DNA from: an uncultured Lachnospiraceae bacterium
Lineage (GTDB): Bacteria; Bacillota; Clostridia; Lachnospirales; Lachnospiraceae
DNA length: 64,000 nt
Reading direction: 5' to 3'
Assembly: GCA_947588675.1 (NCBI GenBank)
Contig: CANPYY010000011.1
Span: 1,456-65,455, forward strand
Shown here: piece after piece, positions 47,279 to 56,536 of the stretch
How the letters are laid out: every line of letters starts with the position of its first letter
Numbering within the stretch: the first letter of the stretch is position 1
The notes under the pieces: model-generated
Told to the model about the DNA's origin: nothing
The model's input: the letters and a program-made list of their open reading frames with translations, nothing else
The model's database searches: none
Program-made: the position numbers and the translations under genes

Positions 47279-48766
47279 ATGAAAAAGATTATTCGCAGTT
47301 TAATTCCGGTTTGCTGTCTGATGTTGTTTTCAGCACTCCTTATTCAGCCGGCAACGGCATCGGCCGAAGAAGACCTGTTCTATACTTATACATATGACTA
47401 CTGGGGTATAGAGAGAGAGTCCCCGGATGCATATGCAATGAATTCGGTCGTTTTGGGAGATGATTTTGGCATCGGCAATTTCAATGCACCGGAGGGCATG
47501 TTTGTAAAAGATAATCAGCTTTATATATGTGATACGTTAAATAACAGGATTATCCAGTTTTCATATGCGAATGACGAATTTTCGCTTGTGAAAGTCGTTA
47601 CAGAGGTAAATAATAACGGAAAACCTGAACCGATATTGCAGCCATACGATGTATTCGTTACGGATGACGATGAATGGTATATAGCTGATTATGGAAATCA
47701 GCGTATTGTATATACTGATAACAGTCAGAATGTAATCGGTACAATATATAAGCCGGAGGATGAAGAAACTCTTAATGCAGATTATATGTTCCTTCCAAAG
47801 AAACTTGTTGTAGACAGCGCAAAACGTATATTTGTACAGGCGGAAAATATTAACAAGGGCTTTATGGAATTTGAGGATGGAGGAGAGTTTGTAGGATATA
47901 TCGGAGCGGCTGATGTACAGTTTGACTTTATAAAATATATATACAAACTTATATCCACACAGGAACAGAGAGATCAGATGGAAGCATTTGTTCCTACAGA
48001 GTATAACAATATAGCGCTTGACTCTGAAGGATTTATATATGCTACTCTCAGCAAATTTGAAAGTGATAATGCATCATCATCAAAACCTATCAGAAGGCTT
48101 AATGCAAAGGGAACCGATATACTTATTAGGAATGGTTATTACGAGCAGATAGGAGATGTGCAGATAGGTAACGGAGGAGGATATAACGGTTCTTCTAAAT
48201 TTGCTGACGTTACGGTGCTTGATAATGATTGTTATTATTGCCTGGATCAGACCAGAGGACGTGTATTTGGTTATGATTTTCAGGGAAATATGCTGTACGC
48301 CTTTGGAGGTATAGGATATAAACAGGGTTGTTTTAAATATCCGGTGGCTATAGAGTCTTTAGGCGACTCGCTTCTTATACTGGATAAAGAGCTCGGCATT
48401 GTAACACAGATGACGCTTACTGAATATGGTACGCTTATTAATAAAGCGCTTGATACATATAAGATAGGCGAATATGATACGTCGGCTGATTATTGGCGTG
48501 ACGTACTTAAACTTAATGGTAACTACGACCTGGCGTATATCGGAATCGGACGTTCGCTTCTCAGGCAGGACAGATTTGAAGAAGCCATGGAATATTTTAA
48601 ACTCAAGCTTGATTATAAGAACTATTCAAAGGCATATAAGCTCTATCGTAAAGACAGGATAGAAGATAATGTCAAATATGTTTTCATAATCTTTGTGGCT
48701 TTGTTGGTAATAGTATTTATTAAAAATACTGTTAAGAAAATCAGAAGGGAGGTTAATGAGGAATGA
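47279..48766 (+). CDS. Exported NHL-repeat beta-propeller protein with TPR-like segment and C-terminal TM anchor
   Basis: 495 aa. Signal peptide (LIPVCCLMLFSALLIQPATASA). NHL-like repeats (LYICDTLNNRIIQF, WYIADYGNQRIVY, LLILDKELGIVTQM). TPR-like LAYIGIGRSLLRQDRFEEAMEYF. C-terminal TM FIIFVALLVIVFI. Confidence 0.65.
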   Translation: MKKIIRSLIPVCCLMLFSALLIQPATASAEEDLFYTYTYDYWGIERESPDAYAMNSVVLGDDFGIGNFNAPEGMFVKDNQLYICDTLNNRIIQFSYANDEFSLVKVVTEVNNNGKPEPILQPYDVFVTDDDEWYIADYGNQRIVYTDNSQNVIGTIYKPEDEETLNADYMFLPKKLVVDSAKRIFVQAENINKGFMEFEDGGEFVGYIGAADVQFDFIKYIYKLISTQEQRDQMEAFVPTEYNNIALDSEGFIYATLSKFESDNASSSKPIRRLNAKGTDILIRNGYYEQIGDVQIGNGGGYNGSSKFADVTVLDNDCYYCLDQTRGRVFGYDFQGNMLYAFGGIGYKQGCFKYPVAIESLGDSLLILDKELGIVTQMTLTEYGTLINKALDTYKIGEYDTSADYWRDVLKLNGNYDLAYIGIGRSLLRQDRFEEAMEYFKLKLDYKNYSKAYKLYRKDRIEDNVKYVFIIFVALLVIVFIKNTVKKIRREVNEE

Positions 48767-49428
48767 AAAGTATTACAAAGAGTTCTGCAAAGGCAAAACT
48801 AATTCATTTCAGGGATACTCTCAGATACTCGCTTCACTGTATAGTCAGTCCGTTTGATGGATTCTGGGATTTGACGCATGAGCACAGAGGCTCTGCCAGT
48901 GCGGCTACATTTATTGTAATTATGACAATACTTACAAACATATGGAAGATGAGATATACAAGTTTTGTCTTTATACGTGTACAATGGGAATATTTCAATA
49001 TAGTATTGAATATTTGCAGCTTTTTACTTCCTTTCTTTGTATGGGTGCTGTCAAACTGGTGCCTTACGACACTCTTTGACGGTAAAGGAACTATGAAAGA
49101 TATTTATATAGGTTCCGCATATGCCCTGACACCATATGTATTAATTCAGCTTCCGATGATATTTGCAAGTAACTTTATAACTTATGAGGAAGGTGCATTT
49201 TATAATTACTTCCTTTCATTTTCAATAATATGGTGTGCATTTCTGTTTCTTGCATCTGTTATGCAGATACATGACTTTAGTTTTGGAAAAGCAATTTTTT
49301 CGATACTTTGTATTCTTGTAGGTATGCTGGTAATAGTATTTATCATGGTACTGTTTTTCAGCTTGATTAGTGAAGCGGTCGCTTACTTTATATCTTTATA
49401 TAAAGAGATTGCTTTCAGATTTTATTAA
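48763..49428 (+). CDS. Yip1-domain polytopic membrane protein
   Basis: 221 aa with about 5 TM helices. ATGA overlap with the NHL gene. Yip1 assignment is by topology and sequence feel, not verified. Confidence 0.55.
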   Translation: MKSITKSSAKAKLIHFRDTLRYSLHCIVSPFDGFWDLTHEHRGSASAATFIVIMTILTNIWKMRYTSFVFIRVQWEYFNIVLNICSFLLPFFVWVLSNWCLTTLFDGKGTMKDIYIGSAYALTPYVLIQLPMIFASNFITYEEGAFYNYFLSFSIIWCAFLFLASVMQIHDFSFGKAIFSILCILVGMLVIVFIMVLFFSLISEAVAYFISLYKEIAFRFY

Positions 49429-49451
49429 TATCAGGAAAGGAGGGCTTAACA

Positions 49452-52007
49452 TTGAAAAAATTAAAATTACTGCTTCCGTTGATTTTGATAATCATTATGG
49501 CTTCAGGATGCAATCAGTCGGACTCGGACAGTGCTTTTATTGATGTTCAGGATTATTCAGAGGAAGCTGAAGGAAAAGAAATAAAAATTGTTAATGATCA
49601 GTTTGAATTTGTAATGAATGCTGATAATACCCAATTTTCCGTACTTAATAAAGCTGATGGACGGATATGGTATTCAAATCCTCAGAATGTTGATACAGAT
49701 ACGCTTGCAATAGGAAGTAACAGGGATGTGCTGTTATCTACGCTGTATGTAAAATACAGTGATTCCAAAGGACAGGATTTTTCTTATGATAATTTTGCTT
49801 ACAGTATTAAGGATAAGCGTTATTCAATTGAGGAATTAAAAGATGAATCGGGGAATGTAAATGGAGTTAAGGTACTGTATACAATAGGTGATATACAGAA
49901 AACCTATATGGTTCCCCAGGCAATCACTGAAGAAAGAATGGAAGAATTTTGCGCCAATATGAGTGATGCGGATTCAAAGAAGATTAAAAATTTCTACAGG
50001 CGTGTTGACATTAATGCTTTAAGACCTACTGATAACAAGGATGAACTTCTTGAACAGTATCCGGACCTTGCAGATACAAAAGTGTATATAATGCGTAGCG
50101 GACAAAGCGATACAAAACTCGAAGGATTTCAGGAACTGTTTGAATCGGCAGGTTATACGAAAGAAGAATATGATTATGATAATTCAAGAATTAATGTAGA
50201 CCAGTCTACAGATAAGGCTGCTTTCAATATTCCTGTATATTACAGGCTTGAGGAAAATGGACTTGTCGTAGATGTACCTATGGAGGAAATACAGTATTAT
50301 CAGAAATATCCTATTACATATCTTACCATATTGCCGTTCTTTGCAGCAGGCGGTACAGATGAAGAAGGATATATGTTTGTTCCGGACGGTTCAGGCGGAA
50401 TTATCAATTTCAACAATGGTAAGGTTGGCCAGGCAGCATATTACAACCAGATGTACGGCGCCGACTTATGTATAACAAGAAAGGCTGTTGTGGATGAGAG
50501 TGAAGTAAATTATCCGGTTATCGGTGTTTCAAAAGGCGACAGTTCTGTTTTATGTACGATAGAAAACGGAAGTTCATATGCAATAGTGGAAGCTGATGTT
50601 GCCGGACGATACAACAGTTACAATTCAGTCAAATTTACATATACGATGTTGCGTGGAGAGGATATGGATATATCCGGTAAATCAGATATAACGATAAGAA
50701 CATATGAGAAGGGACTGCCGGCTGAGCATCTTATCCAGAGATATATGTTCATTGATAAAGGCGGTTATGTCGATATGGCGTCAGCATACAGGGATTACCT
50801 TATTAATACATATCCTTCACTTGCAGATAAAAATGATGAAAATGTTTCGCTCGTACTCGATATGATTGGAGGGGTAGACGATAAGGAGCATATAATGGGT
50901 GTGCCGGTAACAAAAGATTTACCTCTTACAAAATATAAAGAAGCTGAAACCATTGTAAATGAAATGCTTGAAAGCGGAGTTAATAATATGTCGGTAAAAT
51001 ATTCGGGCTGGTGCAATAATGGTATACACAATTCATCAGTAAGAAAAGTTAAACCGTCTAAGAAGCTTGGAAGCAAAAAAGAACTCAAATCGTTCATTCA
51101 GACCGCACAGTCAAATGGCGTAGACGTATATATGGATGCAAACTTCCAGTTTGTATATAAAAATAAAATTTTTGACAAATACAGTGTAAACAGAGATACG
51201 TCAAAATTTGTAAGCCGTGAATTGGCTGAGCTTTCATATTACAGTCCTATATATTTTGCACAGCAGCCTGAGGAATATGAGTATTACCTTACAAGACCTT
51301 CATATGCAATTGGAAATGTAGACAGTTTCCACAAATATATAACCGGACTTGGATGTGAAAATATTTCATTTGCGGATTTGAGTACCGAACTTAGCGGTGA
51401 TTATAATTATAAGAAACATGTATCAAGAGAAGAAGCCATGAACATGATAACAACCAAATATCAGGAACTGTCTGAAAGCGGTTCAAAAGTTATGGCCAAT
51501 TCGGATTATTTTTACAATATTCCTTATGCGGATGTAGTTACGGGAATGGTTCTTAGTAATAAGAGCTTTAATATAGTTGATGAAACCGTTCCTTTCTATC
51601 AGATTGCGCTTCATGGAATTGTAGATTATACCGCTGAGTCATTAAACCTTTCACAGAATGCGGAAGAAACATATTTGAAATCGGCAGAACTTGGAGCAGG
51701 TTTGTACTATACGCTCACACAGAGTCCGTCGTCCGTTCTTCAGGACAGTAAATATACAGAGTATTTTGCTACGGAGTATAATCTGTGGAAAGATACCATT
51801 ATTGAAGAATATAACAGATTCTCAGGTGATTTTAACGGTACATATGATGAATTTATTATAAATCACGAAAAAGTTGCGGGAAATGTGTACAGAACCGAGT
51901 TCGCCAATGGAGTTAAGGTTATTGTCAATTACAATTATAACGACTTCAGCTACAACGGTACCAATATTCCGGCAAGAGATTATATTGTGGAAGGGGGAAG
52001 TAACTGA
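49452..52007 (+). CDS. Large lipoprotein, DUF5696-like, function unknown
   Basis: 851 aa. TTG start 8 nt after AAAGGAGGG. Lipoprotein signal LILIIIMASGC. The family name is recalled from homologues in Paenibacillus and Clostridia and is not verified. Confidence 0.6.
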   Translation: MKKLKLLLPLILIIIMASGCNQSDSDSAFIDVQDYSEEAEGKEIKIVNDQFEFVMNADNTQFSVLNKADGRIWYSNPQNVDTDTLAIGSNRDVLLSTLYVKYSDSKGQDFSYDNFAYSIKDKRYSIEELKDESGNVNGVKVLYTIGDIQKTYMVPQAITEERMEEFCANMSDADSKKIKNFYRRVDINALRPTDNKDELLEQYPDLADTKVYIMRSGQSDTKLEGFQELFESAGYTKEEYDYDNSRINVDQSTDKAAFNIPVYYRLEENGLVVDVPMEEIQYYQKYPITYLTILPFFAAGGTDEEGYMFVPDGSGGIINFNNGKVGQAAYYNQMYGADLCITRKAVVDESEVNYPVIGVSKGDSSVLCTIENGSSYAIVEADVAGRYNSYNSVKFTYTMLRGEDMDISGKSDITIRTYEKGLPAEHLIQRYMFIDKGGYVDMASAYRDYLINTYPSLADKNDENVSLVLDMIGGVDDKEHIMGVPVTKDLPLTKYKEAETIVNEMLESGVNNMSVKYSGWCNNGIHNSSVRKVKPSKKLGSKKELKSFIQTAQSNGVDVYMDANFQFVYKNKIFDKYSVNRDTSKFVSRELAELSYYSPIYFAQQPEEYEYYLTRPSYAIGNVDSFHKYITGLGCENISFADLSTELSGDYNYKKHVSREEAMNMITTKYQELSESGSKVMANSDYFYNIPYADVVTGMVLSNKSFNIVDETVPFYQIALHGIVDYTAESLNLSQNAEETYLKSAELGAGLYYTLTQSPSSVLQDSKYTEYFATEYNLWKDTIIEEYNRFSGDFNGTYDEFIINHEKVAGNVYRTEFANGVKVIVNYNYNDFSYNGTNIPARDYIVEGGSN

Positions 52008-52921
52008 TGCAGAAAAAGAAACGTAAAATGACGCTTGCAACAAAAAATGCCATAACCGGATATTTGTTTATACTTCCGTTTATTATTGGATTTCTGTTGT
52101 TCATGTTGATTCCGCTGTTTCAGTCGCTTAGAATGAGCTTCTCTGATGTAACGGTAAATCCTACTGCAGGCGGTTTTGTAATGGAGTTTGTAAAGCTTAG
52201 CAAGTATAATGAGTCTATTAATATTGACCCGGAGTTTAAAATACTTTTATTGGAGAATCTCAGGGGTATGCTTGTAGATCTCCCTGCCACGCTTATATTC
52301 AGCTTCTTTGTTGCACTGCTTCTTAACCAGACGTTCAAAGGCAGAGGTTTTGTAAGAGCAATATTCTTTATGCCGGTTATACTTTCATCAGGTGTTATAG
52401 TAGGACTTGAATATAACAATGCAATGCTTGCCGGCATGAAAGATGTTATACAGGAAACTTCAAATTCCTCAAGCATTACGACAGTGCTGCAGGATATGCT
52501 TGTTACTGAGGGCTCGCAGGCCGGAGACTTTTTCCAGTTTATATTTGACCTTATAGACCATGTGTATGATATTGCGATACAATCCGGTATACAGATTATA
52601 ATATTCCTTTCAGGACTGCAGACAATATCGCCAAGTATGTTTGAGGCGGCCAAGATTGAGGGATGTACGGCATGGGAATGTTTCTGGAAGATAACGCTTC
52701 CTATGGTAAGCTCGCTTATTCTGGTTAATATTATTTATACCATTATCGATTACTTCTGCCGTTCAGATAACGAAGTTATGGAGTATATATCAGAGGTAAC
52801 AATATCGAAAATGAATTATGGTTTGAGTTCTGCGATGTCGTGGATTTACTTTGTTTGTTGTTTGTTGATTATTGGAATCATCTCGTTAATAATTTCAAAG
52901 AAGGTGTACTATTATGAGTAA
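52007..52921 (+). CDS. CUT1 sugar ABC transporter permease (MalF-like), second importer
   Basis: 304 aa. EAA loop FEAAKIEGCTAWECFWKITLPMVSS. The start shares one nt with the upstream stop (TGATG). Confidence 0.88.
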   Translation: MQKKKRKMTLATKNAITGYLFILPFIIGFLLFMLIPLFQSLRMSFSDVTVNPTAGGFVMEFVKLSKYNESINIDPEFKILLLENLRGMLVDLPATLIFSFFVALLLNQTFKGRGFVRAIFFMPVILSSGVIVGLEYNNAMLAGMKDVIQETSNSSSITTVLQDMLVTEGSQAGDFFQFIFDLIDHVYDIAIQSGIQIIIFLSGLQTISPSMFEAAKIEGCTAWECFWKITLPMVSSLILVNIIYTIIDYFCRSDNEVMEYISEVTISKMNYGLSSAMSWIYFVCCLLIIGIISLIISKKVYYYE

Positions 52922-53909
52922 AAAAACAAAAAAATGGCAGGCCTTTATGGAACGCAACAGGAAATCCAACGGCTATCTGATGCGTAAAACCATATTTAAT
53001 ATCGGATATAAAATATGTCGTGCAATATTGATATTCGGATTGTGTTTCCTGATTATCCAGCCTTTGCTGAATAAGATATCACTTAGTTTTATGGAGGAAC
53101 AGGATCTTTATGATTCTACTATTGTAAGTATACCTCGTCACTTTACCACATCGGGGTATAAACTTACAGCGCAGCTTATGAAATACTGGAAGGCTTTGGG
53201 TACTACTACATATATAAGTCTTCTTGTAAGCATATTCCAGGTTGCGGCGGCAACATTTGTAGGATACGGTTTTGCAAGATATAAATTTCCATTTAAGAAT
53301 TTCTGGTTCTTTATGGTAATACTTGTAATCATAATACCTCCTCAGACAATTATGGCTCCGTTGTACCTGAACTTTACTTACTTTGACCCGCTTGGATTAG
53401 TTTCACTGTTTACGGGTAAACCTGTAAACCTTATTAATACGATGCTTCCGTATTTGCTTCTTTGTCTTGGCTGTATGGGACTAAAGAGCGGCCTGTATAT
53501 ATATCTTATCAGGCAGTTCTTCAGGAATGTTCCGAAGGATATTGAAGAAGCGGCATATGTTGACGGTTGCGGAAAATTCAAAACGTTTTACCGTATAATG
53601 CTTCCGGATGCAAAACCTATTATTACTTCCTGCTTCCTGTTTGCATTTGTATGGCAGTGGACTGATAAATTTTATTCACAGATGTTTTTGAGAAAGTATA
53701 CGCTTCTCTCAACATCCCTTTCAGGATTGTCTGACTCGCTTGACACATTCCTTAAAAATGCAGGAATTTCAGAGAAAGCGTCGATGGCGTATTCATCAGC
53801 TACGGTAGCTACCGGTACGCTTATGACAATTATACCTTTGTTAATCATATACGTATTTGCACAGAAGGGATTTGTGGAAAGTTTAAGTCAGTCAGGTATT
53901 AAGATGTAA
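52914..53909 (+). CDS. CUT1 sugar ABC transporter permease (MalG-like), second importer
   Basis: 331 aa. EAA loop EEAAYVDGCGKFKTFYRIMLPDAKP. Overlaps the upstream gene by 8 nt. Confidence 0.88.
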   Translation: MSKKTKKWQAFMERNRKSNGYLMRKTIFNIGYKICRAILIFGLCFLIIQPLLNKISLSFMEEQDLYDSTIVSIPRHFTTSGYKLTAQLMKYWKALGTTTYISLLVSIFQVAAATFVGYGFARYKFPFKNFWFFMVILVIIIPPQTIMAPLYLNFTYFDPLGLVSLFTGKPVNLINTMLPYLLLCLGCMGLKSGLYIYLIRQFFRNVPKDIEEAAYVDGCGKFKTFYRIMLPDAKPIITSCFLFAFVWQWTDKFYSQMFLRKYTLLSTSLSGLSDSLDTFLKNAGISEKASMAYSSATVATGTLMTIIPLLIIYVFAQKGFVESLSQSGIKM

Positions 53910-53913
53910 AACG

Positions 53914-53942
53914 TTGATTTACTTCGTTTTATATGTTATAAT
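53914..53942 (+). promoter_or_regulatory. Internal extended -10 sigma-A promoter upstream of the second SBP gene
   Basis: TTGATT (53914-53919), 17-nt spacer ending in TGT, TATAAT (53937-53942). Confidence 0.55.
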
Positions 53943-54009
53943 GTTATGGTTTGGATTTGCATAGCAAAAAATATTATAATATAAAATTCAGAAAGGAGTA
54001 TATTGAGCT

Positions 54010-55440
54010 ATGATTAAAAGAAAAAAATTTATAGCATTATGTTTATCAGCCGTACTCGCTGCATCAGTTTTAAGCGGTTGTAGCGGTGACAGCGGTGAAA
54101 CGCCTGCTGATGGAAATAATGCTGATGCTGAAGTTACCGAGAACCCTGATGAAAGTAGTGACGATGGAGGTTCAACACTCAAGACGTATGATGACCTTGG
54201 CGGAATGAAGATTACCATAGGCGACTGGTATTCAGCAGAGGAAGAAGACCTGTCTACACAGTATGCGGAAGATACATACAATTACAGACAGGAAATATAT
54301 GATAAGTATAATTTTACTATTGAAAGACAGAAGATTGGCGTATGGGGAGATATGGCAGAAACATTTACGACTGACGTTATGGCAGGAACTCCGCGTGTTG
54401 ATATCTGGTATCTGTATCAGACAACAGTTGCACAGCCGTTAAAGAACAATCTGTTCTATGACCTTAGTACATTGGAAACCGTAGATTTCTCAGCAGAGAA
54501 GTGGAATCAGCATGTTAAAGAACTGATGACATATAACGGCGGTATATATGGTATGTCAACAGAAAAAGAGCCAAGAGCTGCTATTTTCTATAACAAGAGG
54601 ATGTTTGAAGAAGCAGGAATTGACCCTGACGAGCCATATGAACTTCAGAAAAATGGTGAGTGGACATGGGATAAATTTGAAGAATACTGTGCAAAACTTA
54701 CACAGGATACGGATAACGATGGTAAAACCGATATATATGCAATGGCATCATTCTCAAAGGATTACTTTAAGTTAGCTGTAGCAAGTAACGGCGCTCAGTT
54801 TGTATCAAAGAATGCCGAAGGTAAATATGAGAATGCTACAAAGACACAGAACTTTATTGATGCTGCAAACTGGGCTGTAAGCCTTATTGACAGAGGTTAT
54901 GTCATGAGGACGCCTACTGATGAGGTTAGCAATGCAGATGCAAGCTGGACAGAAATCAGATTCCGTGACGGCGAATGTGCAATGCAGACCGCAGAGGTAT
55001 ATCAGGTAGGAAACTTTGCAGAATCAATGGATGATGAATTTGGACTTGTTATGTTCCCTGCCGGACCTAATGGAAACATGGCTACAGTTCCAATGGATAA
55101 TGTAATCGTTATTCCTTCATGTTATACTGATAAAGAATATGTTGAAAAACTTATGTTTGCATATAACCTTTATACAGAACCTGCTCCGGGATATTCACTT
55201 GATGAAATATGGAAAAATACTTATTATCCGCAGTTCCCGGATACAAGAGCCGTAGATGAAACACTTACAATGATGCGTGATGACCAGTACAGAGTTTATG
55301 ATTATCAGTCAATGATAATCGGTACTGATTATGGTGATTTTGCATATGCTGTTGAAGCCGGAGCAAAAACGCCTGCAGAACAGCTTGAAGAAATGACTCC
55401 TACCTGGGATGGAAAAATCAAAGAGGCAAACGGCGAATAA
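54010..55440 (+). CDS. CUT1 family-1 solute-binding lipoprotein (xylo-oligosaccharide/aldouronate-type)
   Basis: 476 aa. Lipobox VLSGC followed by an acidic Gly/Ser/Asp-rich linker. SBP fold similarity. Confidence 0.85.
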   Translation: MIKRKKFIALCLSAVLAASVLSGCSGDSGETPADGNNADAEVTENPDESSDDGGSTLKTYDDLGGMKITIGDWYSAEEEDLSTQYAEDTYNYRQEIYDKYNFTIERQKIGVWGDMAETFTTDVMAGTPRVDIWYLYQTTVAQPLKNNLFYDLSTLETVDFSAEKWNQHVKELMTYNGGIYGMSTEKEPRAAIFYNKRMFEEAGIDPDEPYELQKNGEWTWDKFEEYCAKLTQDTDNDGKTDIYAMASFSKDYFKLAVASNGAQFVSKNAEGKYENATKTQNFIDAANWAVSLIDRGYVMRTPTDEVSNADASWTEIRFRDGECAMQTAEVYQVGNFAESMDDEFGLVMFPAGPNGNMATVPMDNVIVIPSCYTDKEYVEKLMFAYNLYTEPAPGYSLDEIWKNTYYPQFPDTRAVDETLTMMRDDQYRVYDYQSMIIGTDYGDFAYAVEAGAKTPAEQLEEMTPTWDGKIKEANGE

Positions 55441-55461
55441 TTATTTTTTAATATAATAGTT

Positions 55462-55509
55462 AAGGAGCTGTAACTTAAACATATATTGATTTTGTTACAG
55501 CTCCTTTTT
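55462..55509 (+). terminator. Rho-independent terminator after the SBP gene
   Basis: 13-bp stem AAGGAGCTGTAAC / GTTACAGCTCCTT followed by TTT. Confidence 0.7.
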
Positions 55510-55542
55510 GGATATTTATTGTAAATTGTTGAGGGATTAGTA

Positions 55543-56508
55543 ATGATTGGTCTTAAAGATAAATATAAAGATTATTTTGATATAGGGGCGGCCGTAAACT
55601 GTGAAACGGTTAAAGCGGACAAAGATATTATTATTAATAATTTTAGCAGTATTACCTGTGAAAACCAGATGAAATTTGGAGTATTATATAAAGAAGACGG
55701 CACGTATAATTTTCAAATGGCGGATGAATTATATGCTTTTGCCAAAGAAAATAATTTGGAAATGCGCGGACATAATTTTGTATGGCATAACCAGACTCCG
55801 CTGCATATTTTTAAGAAAAGCAAAGAGGAAGTTACAGAGATATTGAAAAACCATATGCGTTATATGAACGAACGGTATGGCGACGTCATAGATTGCTGGG
55901 ACGTTATTAATGAGGGAATTGAAGACAAGAGCAGCGAATTTTTAAGGAAAAGCCCATGGTTAGACAAATTTGGCGACGATTATTGCAAATTTGTATTTAA
56001 GCTTGCAAAAGAAACGCTGCCTAAACATATAAAACTGTTTTACAATGATTATAATGAATATATTCCGGAAAAAAGAGATAAAATTATTGCTTTGATAAAA
56101 CATATTAATGCGGATGAAAAACTTATTGACGGCGTAGGAATGCAGTGCCATGTAAACCTGTATTATCCTACGATTGACCTTGTGCGGAAAGCTATTGAGA
56201 TGTATATTGAACTTGGAGTCAGGATACATATAACCGAAATGGATTTGTCTTATTTTAGCTATGACGACAGAAAGTGTCTGGATAAACCTGATACAAAACT
56301 TCAGGAAATGCACGCTAAGGTGTACGGCGACTATTTTGCCCTGTTCCGTGAATATAAAGATTACATCGATAATGTTACTCTCTGGGGAGTATCAGACAGG
56401 TATACGTGGCTTGATTATTTCCCTGTTGAAAACAGGAAAAACTGGCCATTGTTATTTGATACCGATGGAAACCCAAAAGAGTCTTATTATCGTGTTATAG
56501 ATTTTTAA
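55543..56508 (+). CDS. GH10 endo-1,4-beta-xylanase, intracellular type
   Basis: 321 aa with no signal peptide. HNFVWHNQTP, acid/base WDVINEG, nucleophile ITEMDL. Confidence 0.9.
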   Translation: MIGLKDKYKDYFDIGAAVNCETVKADKDIIINNFSSITCENQMKFGVLYKEDGTYNFQMADELYAFAKENNLEMRGHNFVWHNQTPLHIFKKSKEEVTEILKNHMRYMNERYGDVIDCWDVINEGIEDKSSEFLRKSPWLDKFGDDYCKFVFKLAKETLPKHIKLFYNDYNEYIPEKRDKIIALIKHINADEKLIDGVGMQCHVNLYYPTIDLVRKAIEMYIELGVRIHITEMDLSYFSYDDRKCLDKPDTKLQEMHAKVYGDYFALFREYKDYIDNVTLWGVSDRYTWLDYFPVENRKNWPLLFDTDGNPKESYYRVIDF

Positions 56509-56536
56509 GGATAAATACAGATAATTTTGGAGGATT

